This document shows, piece by piece, positions 13,641 to 24,710 of a stretch of 64,000 bases of DNA. The translations under genes were made by a program, and so were the position numbers. Source of the stretch: Malacoraja senta. Lineage: Eukaryota. Numbering within the stretch: position 1 is the stretch's first letter; each line of letters opens with the position of its first letter. Below the pieces are notes generated by a model that did no database searches, was not told where the DNA came from, and saw only the letters and a list, made by a program, of their open reading frames with translations. Where the stretch lies: contig CM075990.1 in the NCBI GenBank assembly GCA_038087875.1, forward strand, positions 10,292,001 through 10,356,000, in the 5' to 3' direction.

Positions 13641-16600
13641 ATGCCCTGTTTTCTTGCCTCTTCGCTCCAAATATGTCATTTCATTGGGTCCTACTTGCCA
13701 CTCCTGAATTTCTGTAGTTTCTCAATTGTCTTCAACGGGGTGTTTAACTATTCCAGTGGAGACAATCTGCCTTGGTCCCCTCAGTCCTATGAGCTGCCCT
13801 ATTCCTCTGCATTCTCTGTCAGTGCATTATGCTTTCTCACATACCCTTTCCCTGGCCAGGAATGCACCAAAGGAAGCTTCCGTGCTTGTGAAAAGACTCA
13901 TTCTTACCCAGCTCCATTATCTCTGAAACCGAAAGTTTATTTACAAATGCCACTAACCCCTGCTCCTCACCCTCAATCCCTGTCAATCACAGAAAGAATG
14001 CTGGCATCAACTTCAGAAGTCAGATAGTTCCCGAGCTCTAAAACACTCCTTTCAGAAGAATATATATTTCAGTTTCTGCATCCACGTGCTATGATTTGTT
14101 TTACATGTCAAGCAAATTAGTGTGTAGTAACTGGCACACTATAGGGTTTAAAAATGCCAAAGTTCAGAAGCAGTTCATGTGTTTTCTTGGTGTTTAAATC
14201 CAAGGGTATTTGTCACGGCAACACTCTAGGGAAGGGGGGGGGGGAGATTTTAAATCACCAATGTTAAGAACATACCGCAGATCATTTGTTACGTACATTC
14301 TGCACCAACAATCAAGCTAAGCTGGAAATAAATATCAATTTGATTAGTATAATGGTCAATGTGTTTTTCAAAATCTTTTCTGTAAACGTGATTAAATCAA
14401 GCTCAGAAATGAGTAACAGCAAGAAGTGGGATGTGAATGCTCAAAGTTGCCAATTTATTTGCATTATATACCTCTGTGTCGCCCATAAACTAATAAAAAC
14501 TAATTATTAAATAACATCCAAATCAAAAATGCGGATATTAGCAAAAAATCCCTTCAATTAAGAAACTCATAAATTACTAAAAAGTCCCCTTTTTAACATT
14601 GCGTGTTGGATTTCTGCTCCGGAATAGCTTTTGAAACTTGGCCATTTCAAATTACTCTTGAGGAAGTGCTGCTGAGGCACCTTTTTGAACCACTGCAGCC
14701 TTTGAGGGGAAAGTGTGCACAACAGTAGAATTGATGGCGTCTTGCTACGGTACTGCATACTCTGGTTAGATGTGAACGAATATGATCCTGGGACTGGAGT
14801 CACATATAGGCCTGACTGGTACAAGATAGCCTAAGATACAAAAGTTATTCTGGGGCAGAAATCCAGTGCACAGTGTTAGAAGGGGCAATGTTCAGTAATT
14901 TATGAGATTCTTAATTAAAGGAAATTCTTACAAATATCCACACCGGGTTATTGATAGTTCTCTAATTATTTTTCCTTATTAATCACTGAAACAACCTGGC
15001 ATTCTCCCGCAAATATTATTGCAACTGAGATGGATGCTTGGAACAGCAGCCTCTGTATCCTAATCAAGGTGCAGTGGCATGAAGATTTTCATGTTATCTG
15101 TCCTCATCTAAACAGGAGAGCCTAAAGTATGCTGCAATGGGTCATATCTGCCGGCAAAAGGTTTGCCTTTAAAATAGTGCCTTTAAGGAGGTGCATGACA
15201 TTTGGATTGGGGTTTGAGAAGGTGGGGGAAGGCTGAAGATGTACTTCCATTAGCTTCTTCTATCCATATAGAATCTGCCTGTCCTTGTGAAGCATTGATA
15301 CTTGAGCAGTACCTCCACAGATAATGGCCCTCCACCACTTGATTTGTCGTCATGTGTTTAATGTGCTGGACATAAAGTACACACAGGGAACAAGTAGCTG
15401 AGAGAAACGTATCCAATTCGATGATATCTCTCCTGTCTTTCACTATCACTTCGGCCATCTGTCTCTATCACTGATTTGGCACACGCTAGTTTGAAAGTGT
15501 ACTTATCGCCCTGGGAAAATGGAGAAGTCAGCTGCAACCTTTTAGTTCTCACACTATTCTTTTTCTCCTTGTGATATTGCATGCCCAAATAAAGTTCCAA
15601 AGACCACTAATTTGCATGAAAGTCCAGACGGTAAACACTTCATGCAGTTTGATTAATGGGAACATCTCATCCAAACTAGATTATCTGGAATGCATGCACT
15701 CTTTCCTAATCAATGAATTGAAATGCTAACCAACATCTGTCCACTAGTCAACAGAGACAATCTGCTTTACCTAAACTGGTCTGTAAATTGTTATTAATTA
15801 ACAGAGTCCAGAGCAGGAATCGAACCGGGAACGCATTATGTGGAATAGATTCCCCTTGGCATTAAGCTCTGATGGACCCATAAGAATTACCACAACTTTC
15901 CACCAAACTTTATCCAATGATATCTATTGAAAACAGCCCTCGGTATCAATCTCCAAAGCAGATGGAACTTCATATGGTGGAGTACCACAAATTACAACAA
16001 AGCCTAAAGAAATGATACCACATCAAAATACAGGAAACACTCAAGGTTTGCACAATAAATGATGAGCATTGTTTTTGCAAAAGAAAGATCAACCATTTTT
16101 CATTTTTATTGTACATGAAGAAATACTTAGCCAGCTCTACACATTGTACAATACTGACCTATACCCTAATGATAATTTGGCATCTTACGACTCCAAAATA
16201 AAAATAAAATAAGAACAAAAGGGTAGGGGAGAGATGACCTAATATATTTTGAGTCCACGTTTTTGGGTTAAATATACTGTTAACAGATGTCCGAAGATAC
16301 AATCAATGGCACTTGTAATGCAGTTGTTTCTGTGTGGACAGCCACCAATGACCTAATCTTCCCCCATCTTGATCTGATCGTTTATTCAGCTGCTAACACT
16401 CTTCCCTTCACTTTATATTCAACTGCCTTCCTCTCATTTGTTGCAAGCATCCAAGTAAAACTCTTCGGTGCCAAGATAGTGGGTTCAGATGTTGCTGCTG
16501 ATATAGAAATCACCAGCAGACAGAGACTTGGGGGGGATGGATGCAGAAAGATAAGAATTGTATGGAGAGACCCAAGAAAAACAGAAGAACTTCAGAAACA

Positions 16601-19214
16601 GCAGTTCATTGAGATGCCGATTGCATTTAAGTTATTTTTTTACATTTCAATGATAAGTATTTACGCTGTGCTACCACTGTCCAAATTTAATCAGGTCCCG
16701 ATTCTTAAGAATCAAAACTTAACCTCTAAACATTTAAATGGATTGCTCATTTTGTACAAAAAGGATTTCATTGAAACAATTGCTTTGAAAAAAATCTCAA
16801 GATGCCTTACTGTCAATTCAAATATTTTGAAATGTGGTCTATAGTACATTTATCCAAGCAATTGCTAGTGATTTTTACACTAGCAATAAGATATGTGATC
16901 AATCAAATGGTTTGGTGATGTCAATGGGGGAGTAAATATTAATAAAGAACTACATTAAATCCTCTGTTCAGAAATTAACCAGGTTATGTTTCCTTGATGT
17001 TAACTAAATAAAATCACTTCATCAGTCAAATAATGTCTAACTTGAAGATAGTATGTTTTAAAATTCTAAACAAGCAAAAGTTGTTTCAGAGTTAGAATAA
17101 TTCACAATCAGACTTTCCCAAGCACATCTGCTCTCATGAAAATAGTATCTTGGATCTTATTGATTTGTCCACAAAATGTCCTACTGGATAATTACATTCA
17201 TGTACAATGGCTGACAGAATATTGGCGTAACAATTTACACAGAAGACAGCATTTCCCTCAATATTGCACCTATGAGTAAAACTGAATGACGTGCTCAATC
17301 CACTGGAACAACACTTCGACAAAACTCCGAGACAAGACATCATTGAGGTCCAAGAAAGATAATTTAGCATACTAACTTGTTTCTGTGGTACATCCTCTGC
17401 ATATAGTTCTTCAACCGTCTTTGGGCAACCAATCATTTTGAAATAATGCAAATAAATAAGGTTATCATTTCCCAACCTATTTGACACATACATAAGGAGA
17501 CATTTTACACAGTTACCTGGAATTAACAAAAATGGCAATGCTCAGACTCGCCACGAGCGTCTAATTCCATCCCAATCTATCAATGCAAAATTCTATTCAT
17601 TCTCCTTCTTTATACATTGTACTTCCAATTCTCACAAGATTTTCATTTCAGCCATGTGTATGCAGGAATAGTGCAGGGCAAGCAAAGACATGGTTTCCTT
17701 GTTAAAACAACTCAAGAACTAATGCACGGTGAGAGTTATGAATGTGTGCTTACTGGGATTTGTACATGTTGACTGTGAAACAGGGGCTCACAAGTGTGCC
17801 CATCCATCAGTGGTCAGATTGAAAATCTTTCCCTTGCTGCTAATCCCAATCATCCCAAGATAACACGCTCCACATTCTAAAAAAAAACAACCTTACATCC
17901 AATTGCTTAATTGCCACCGAGTCCAGGTCACAAAGGATTTATTTCTGCATTAGTTTGACCGAAACCTCCATCCAAATCAGCTACTTTCTCCATGCATTTG
18001 AAAATAATATTGAGGGCTTCACATAATGTGTATGATCTGATAAAATTGGATAGCGCATTTGGTGTCTTAAGAGCATACAAGGACTCTTGACCCAAATTCT
18101 CAGGAGTGTTACCAGAAATTTTTAACAGTCAACACTGTTGAAAGCTGGTGTACAGAACTTTCCGATGTGATAGTGTTTGATTCACAACAGTTTCAATTAA
18201 ATCTCAAGCAGATGCCAACTTTTTAGATCCATCTGCTGTGATACTTGAATTCTAAAATATCCTCAAGCTAATCTTAATGTTTTTATTTTAAAATATTTGA
18301 TATAGATAGGATTAATACTACGAGTATATTTTAAGAATGTTCAAGTTAAGTAACCTGCCATACTGAGAAAAGTATTATCATTCAGCACAATATTTAAATA
18401 TGTTTATTCCACATATAGAAATTTATTATTACTATCGGTGAAAACCAATTGACTTCATGGCTGAATTTTTGCAGTAATTATGTTTTTTTTTTAAAAAACA
18501 TAGCCAAACATTATTTTGCTGTTCAAATAATCAACACCATTTTCCCTATTCCCACTAAAATAATATGTTTTGGGGCTTGCAGGTCAGTCTACCAATAAAC
18601 ATTAGTGGAAAAAACAGGAAACACCCAGAGACATGTGCAATGAGCTATTATTGGGGATGAAGTAACAGTTGGATCTCATGTAGTAAAGCCTTCATTCCAC
18701 TATACAATGAGGAAATGAGAAATAATCAGAAGCGTTCAGCTTCTAGTTTGGCAGCAATACCAAAGGTATTGAATGAAGGTGTACAACAATCACCAGCATT
18801 AGATGACATACAGACAATTAAGTAACCAACTGTTGAGGCAAGAACACAGACAAGAACTCTTTGAAATTAGAAATGCAGATACTGGTTTGTTATCTTGGCC
18901 ATTACAGAAGATGATTCCGTTGATGAAGTTTGTGATACTGGTGTTATAGTAATATGATCTCTCCAATGTTTGTTGTTTTAAATGCAAACTTTGGTCTAGT
19001 ACGGGAGAATACAGATGACAGGGGAACGACAGTAGGAAGTTGAAAACAGATTAATTGAATTTCCATATCATAACATGATGCAAACTCGCAACCTTTAATG
19101 AAAGCAGTATTTCTGGTCGATGGATAGAGGGCAGATTCGTGCTGAATGGCTGATTTTTTACAGGAATTCTGCTACTGTATCAGGTAATGCTTTATTGGGC
19201 ATGAATGATAATAT

Positions 19215-19565
19215 GATAAACACAAAAAGCTGGAGTGACAGCGGGTCAGGCAGCATCTCTGGAGAAAAGGAATAGGTGACTCTTCGGGTCTAGATCCCTC
19301 TTCAGACGGAGGGTCAAGGGAAAGGGAAATTATAGATTTTGTAGGTACATAGAACAAATGAATGAAAGATACGCAAAAAAAAAAACGATGATCAAGGAAA
19401 GGTGGAGCCCACAATGGTCCATTGTTGGCTGTGGGGTAGGCGATAACTCCAACAACTATATGGTTACTAGTTCTGGTAGAAGGGTTTTGACCCGAAACAT
19501 TGCCTATTTCCTTCGCTCCGTAGATGCTGCCTCACCCGCTGAGTTTCTCCAGCATTTTTGTCTAA
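19215..19565. mobile_element. Penelope-terminus-derived element
   Basis: Same family arms plus PLE 3'UTR-like segment. Confidence 0.7.
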
Positions 19566-20361
19566 CCTGGTAACAGCAAATGTCAGTTGTGAAATGCCAC
19601 CGTTAAGAGTCAGGCCCAGATGAAGTCTGATTTGTTGCATATACAATGTGCCTAACAGAAAAAGGCTACTGACAAGTCATGTAATAAACTAAACACCTAT
19701 AAGATAAGTGTGTTCCTGTTGACAGGATGATTATTTAAAGCCATTACTCTGCCAGATCCATTCCAGAATTATATATTTTACCAAGGGCTGAAAGTTAAAT
19801 GTCTATATTTTGAAGGAACTTAAAGTGGTACAAGTTTGTATATATTGTTGTTAAAAGGTTAAATTTATGACTATGAATTTAGCATACAAGTTGGCAGAAC
19901 ATGGCATGAGGGTATTGAAAAGATTTCTTCCTATTAAGGTCAACCAAAATTTGAAAAAAGTATAAATATTTAGCCATCTCCAAATCAACCCTAACTACCT
20001 CATCAGAAATAGACATGCGATAGTCTCCAGATACCTACTGCAGTCTGTAAATCTTTGGACTAGCCAGTTTTATACCTTTACATGTTCTCGCATTTGTGAT
20101 GCCTACTTTTTCTGCAGTTATAGATTTAGACTGGAACTGTTTCTGTTATGGTGGATACACACAGCAACCACATCTTGGGACACAAGCCTTATTTTAATCA
20201 GTGGTTGTGGTCATGCGGTTTAGATTTTAAATAGCTCCCCCCCCTCCCCCCAAACATTAATGGTACCTTCTCAGACAAGACCTAAATGCATTGGGGGAGG
20301 TGGTGGTAGAGGGAGAGGAATTAAAATAAAACCTAGATGTGCATCTAATGCAATGTAGAAA

Positions 20362-20365
<4 letters not shown>

Positions 20366-20411
<46 letters not shown>
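20366..20411. repeat. (TA)n microsatellite
   Basis: Pure TA run. Confidence 0.98.
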
Positions 20412-20414
<3 letters not shown>

Positions 20415-20629
20415 AATATTGCTGAGGTCCATATCAGCTAAGTTAACATGTGTTTTTCAGGCAAAAGGTTGGTTGATGTAAAATTTAGTTTTCCATGTAG
20501 AAAAACACAAATCTCAAGTGATACAAGGCCAAGATGTCAACATTGTTTTTAGCTTCCATAATAATATTTCTTTAAAGTAAAGCACCACTGAAGAGATGGA
20601 GAGAAAAAAATGGAAGATATGGAAAATCT

Positions 20630-21095
20630 GTAATTAAAGCACTGAAAAGCTGCAAATAGTCAACAAACATGACAGCACTGAAGCAGACTGAATGGGAAAG
20701 GACAGCGATCAAGTGAATGAAAGGAGACAACAGGGGCCAGAAGAATAATGGACATCACATTTGTCTAATGAGTGTCCTGACCCGAAATGCCACCTATTCC
20801 TTTTCTTCAGAGATGCTGCTTGACCCGCTGAGTTACTCCAGTATTTTGTGTCTAACCGGTATAAACCAACACCTGTAGTTCCTTCCTACACATTTTGTCC
20901 GCTCTGCTGTGAAAGCTCCTCAAGGTATGCTTACTTTGAAGAAGTTCTCCTCCTCTCCCCGACAGTTCAGCAACACCCTCTCTCACTGCCAGACTGAAAA
21001 AGGTTTCTGACCCGAAACATCATGTATTCCTTTTCTCCAGAGATGCTTCTTGAGCATCTAAGTTACTCCAGCATTTTGTGTCGATCTTCGACATC
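20630..21095 (+). mobile_element. Tandem Penelope terminal-repeat fragments
   Basis: Two direct copies of GACCCGAAA...GAGATGCT...GTTACTCCAG. Confidence 0.7.
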
Positions 21096-22092
21096 ACATT
21101 TGACCTTATTCCATTCTTCGTTTGATTTAATTACACAAAGGCTTTCAGCCACCTTCTCTGCACCAAAAGGGACATCCTGTGATGCAAGAAGCTGTCATTT
21201 CTTGTCTTCACAGACTGCTGCACCAAACTTTAAAAATAATGATTTTTTTTTAAAATATCAGTACTTGATAGTTTCGAACAATGTTCTGAATTCTGATCAT
21301 ATTGGTAACAATTCTTATTTTAAAAAGATTAATAACTTAAAATGTTTCATCAACCAAACATTGCTCCATCAGAAAATGTTTCCGTTTCTATTTTTTGTGA
21401 CCCCTTATCATCTTAAATTCAATTTAATTAGTAATTTTACAGTACTGTAACAAGTCTGGGTTTTTTTTCCATTTTAGAATCTCCTCTTTCCTGCTTAACT
21501 TTCAATTCACAAAGGGCTAGAGGAAATCAATGGGTGAGGCTGCATCTGTAGAACTAATGGACAGACAACATTTTGGGTCGGGACCCTCCTTCAAACTGAA
21601 AAAGGTGTCCTGACTTGAAAAGTTGCCCGTCCATTTCCTTCACAGATGCTGCTTGACCTGCTGAGTTCTTCCACCACATACATAGTGCTTTGCTTATGAT
21701 TCCAGCACCAGTTTCCTGATGTCCGTCTTAAATTAATTCCTTGCTCTTTTGTACTAACCAACATTCCATTTTATAGCAGCTATGCTGATCACTTAAACTA
21801 CTCCATAGGAACAGAGTCAGGTAGCACAGGAACAGGCCTTCCTGGCAAACAAATCCATGCCAACCAGCAAACACCCATTTGCACTTGTCCTGCCAGGTCC
21901 CATTATGTTCCTTCCCATATTATCATTAACTCTCCCCAGATTCTACACCTACCTACTAGGGGCACCTCACAATGGCTAATTAACCTAAAAACCTGCATGT
22001 CTTTTAGATGGAGAGGAAACAAGAGCATCTGGTGGAAATCAGTGTGGGGCGAACATGCAAACTCCACACAGACAGTACTGGTGGTCAGCATT

Positions 22093-22228
22093 ATTCTTCT
22101 TGCTATGGTTTGCACAGCCTAAAGTTGTAGGACAACTTGTTCTATTTGATCTTATTTGATTGTGCACGCCGGGTTGATTGCATTCGTCGAAACAGGGCGG
22201 ACCACGTGAAGGTTGCAATCTCCCACCC
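22093..22228 (-). mobile_element. Ribozyme-headed short non-autonomous retroposon, copy 1
   Basis: Perfect 12-bp TSD GTGGTCAGCATT (22081-22092 / 22229-22240), GAA-type tail, highly similar to 28164-28306. Inserted in a V-SINE. Confidence 0.9.
22176..22228 (-). ncRNA. Minimal HDV/CPEB3-like ribozyme fold, copy 1
   Basis: GGGTGG GA GATTGCA ACC TTCACGT GGT CCGCCC T GT TTCGA C GAA TGCAATC: P1, P2 and P3 all pair, L3 TTCACGT, J4/2 C-GAA. G1 is missing. Confidence 0.8.
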
Positions 22229-22459
22229 GTGGTCAGCATTGAACCCACTTTATTCCAACAGTGAAGCAACAGCTCTACTGGCTGTACTACTAATGGAAAC
22301 AAAAGTCAAACTGAGTATTGTTTTTTTCTGGTTGGATTCATTACATACTTTATTCGTGAGCCCAACATTTTCAAGGGCTGGCAGTAATTGGTTTAATTCT
22401 GCTTCTATGTCTGATGGTCATATCTTTAACTTGACACCCGTGCTGCACATAAAGCAACC

Positions 22460-22680
22460 CACATGTGTGAAGGAAGGAACTGCAGATGTTGATTTACACT
22501 GAATATAAAGTCACAAAATGCTGGAGTAACTCAGCGGGTCAGGCAGCAAGCATCCCAGGAGAAAAGGAATAGATTACATTTCGGGTCGAGACCCTTCTTC
22601 CGTCTGAAGTCACCTATTCCTTTTCTCCAGGGTACTTGCCTGATCCGCTGCGTTGCTCCAGCATTGTGTGTCCATCTCCA
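22460..22680. mobile_element. Penelope-terminus-derived fold-back element
   Basis: Family arms in inverted orientation. Confidence 0.75.
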
Positions 22681-23756
22681 AATGTGTGAAGTTCTTTGAG
22701 AAAGACGAAAGATGTATTTCAAACTCTGTATGGGTGGTCCGCAAATGTACCTTCCCACTCAATCTCTTAGCCCAGGTCTCTGGAACCTGCGCTCGCTCGA
22801 ATCCAGACAGCGAGACTCTTGGACCTGCGAGGAAGCATGTGCTTCCATCTGAAGTGCTCTTTTGAGATGTCAGCCGTTTCCGCGGTCAACATTTTCCTTC
22901 CAGAGTACGAACTGCAACGGTTGTTGAATCTTGAAGACATTTAACTGCAGCGCTGGGTGCACGTTAAGAGGGTTACAAGAGAGTTTGTGACAACGCGACC
23001 CTGCTACCTACAATTCGCATGGTATCAGGTCCCCCAATACAACAGACTCAAAGTAACGAGAAACGTCGTTCCATATTATAGGAAAGTTACGTTCAGAAAA
23101 TATCCTGTAACATCAGCGGGAATGGTAGTATTTCTGTGCGTTGCAGTCGAGTTGGTGTAAAACCGATAATTATTGTGAAGCGAGAGACAGCAACACGGGT
23201 AGAATTGTGGAGTGCTGCCGCAAGGACTAGAATAGCATTTCCAACGGTGCCAGCCAGCAACGCTTTAATCTATTCCGCTACCAGTCTTAAATCCAAGTCT
23301 GGACACACTATACCACATCAAATGTTAACCCTCTCGGCACTGGCGCAACTTTGCGAAATATCAGCGGATTTCCCCCCGTGCCGTTCTCGGATCCTATATT
23401 TGCGTTTGAACATACCTACTCAACCATTTCCATTGGCCATAGCTTATAACCAGAGTGGCAGAAAGGACACGTAAAGGGGAAGAGCAGAAAGCGGAGAATG
23501 CAGAGCGGGGAAAGTTTGTGAACATTTTGTTGATAGTTAAAGGAGACCGCCCTACCCAAACCAAAATCCCTCTCCCACCACACAATTTCATTACACACTG
23601 GAGTCTTCGAGACTGTGCATGCATCCAATTGTACACAAGTCACTGAACCGATACTTCAAGCCCTCGGGCAAGCTGCCAACTCCGATTGGGGGGTGATTGA
23701 ACAGTTACTCCGCTGCTTGTCTGCAAGTGGGTGTGGACTGAGAGAGTAGTGCTTAC

Positions 23757-23826
23757 CTGGAGGACATGTGCAGCCGCTAGGGACCCCGCGGGCCGCTCTC
23801 ACCTTGGGCAAATGCGCCTTCAGTTT
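23757..23826 (-). CDS. COL13A1: Coding exon 2 of COL13A1-like gene (furin site, CxC, start of COL1)
   Basis: Acceptor ttttaattcctcag, 70 bp, donor CAG|GTAAGC. In frame with exon 1: KLKAHLPKVRAARGVPSGCTCPP(G), with an RxxR furin motif and the MACIT CxCPPG motif. Not in the ORF track. Confidence 0.92.
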
Positions 23827-24354
23827 CTGAGGAATTAAAACGAGAATGGCATGATCACAGGCAAATACTACTTAAGCTTCCATGCACACTTTTTCCAGAT
23901 GAGAAATACCTTCCTCCCACCACCATTAAATAACAAAAATAGCAATTCCATACGGCGCTTCATAACACACATATTTTTTTTTAAAGGTTCTTAAGTTATA
24001 ATTATTCTGGCGTGAATAAGTTAAATGGGTGGGGAATCTTCAGGCAGGAAGATTGGGTGCTCTTTCCTTGAAGTGCCTGCAGAGTGGTAGTCGGTTCTTT
24101 GCAAGCATATTAGCAACAAATAGTTGGGCATGTGTTGTGGAAAAAATAAAGTTGTTGGAAAGCAGTGTGTTTGTCTAACCTTCGCTGCAGAATCTGACTG
24201 GGAAAGATTGCCTTTATTCACCATCTATAATTAAATATACAATTGGAACAACACTGAAAACGCAAGATAATATAAAACACGGTCAACTGCTATCGTTTTG
24301 TTGGAATCGCTACGCTTCAGTAGGCAGCTTCATCTAAGGCAGCCGCACACCAAC

Positions 24355-24648
24355 CTCTGTCAGTAGTTGATCCACTCTGTTAAAAATAGCCGGTTCCATT
24401 TGGTCCATTGAGAACCATGCCGAGTAAACCTGCCTCTCTTCCTCCAAATGCGAGACGCGGGTCTGGAGATCCGAGGTCCTGTAATGTACCAGAATGCACA
24501 CCCCCAGAGATACAACTGACAAGAGGCAGCAAAAGACCCGAGGGAGGTCTGGACAATGTCGCAAGCGTTTGGAGATCTGAGATGCATTACAGGTCCTTCG
24601 GAAAGCCGGTCGCACTGTCTCTCCTGTCCTCTTCGGAGACCCTTCCAT
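24355..24648 (-). CDS. COL13A1: Coding exon 1 of transmembrane (MACIT) collagen, collagen XIII alpha-1: cytoplasmic tail, TM helix, juxtamembrane coiled coil
   Basis: Strong Kozak ATG (agtATGG). Translation MEGSPK...FCCLLSVVSLGVCILVHYRTSDLQTRVSHLEEERQ...DQMEPAIFNRVDQLLTE resembles vertebrate COL13A1 (HFRTAELQARVLRLEAER...QMETAILGRVNQLLDE) more than COL23A1/COL25A1. Phase-0 donor GAG|GTTGGT at 24354. Confidence 0.88.
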
Positions 24649-24671
24649 ACTCGTTCAACTTCACTCAACTC

Positions 24672-24710
24672 TTATCGAGCCCAGACCCGCTGTAACAATC
24701 CCGGGCACAT
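24672..24710 (-). other. Short upstream ORF (MCPGLLQRVWAR*) in putative COL13A1 5' UTR
   Basis: Weak-context ATG (ttccATGT) at 24710, stop TAA ending at 24672, 23 nt before the main ATG. Confidence 0.4.

Larger units (their letters stand above)
21815..22300 (-). mobile_element. Older V-SINE hosting the ribozyme retroposon
   Basis: GAACATGCAAACTCCACACAGAC (V domain, reverse complement); split next to its B box. Confidence 0.8.

Noticed and set aside
16287-16844. Longest ORF in the track (185 aa, plus)
   Set aside because: No recognisable domain, antisense within the collagen intron, composition typical of a chance ORF.
1-23756. Further COL13A1 exons (Gly-X-Y exons or the 8-bp micro-exon known from mammals)
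   Set aside because: No splice-bounded Gly-X-Y segment found by eye; probably beyond the window, though a micro-exon could have been missed.
24334-24354. C-terminal VGVRLP of ORF 24334-24648
   Set aside because: Intron read-through past the phase-0 donor.
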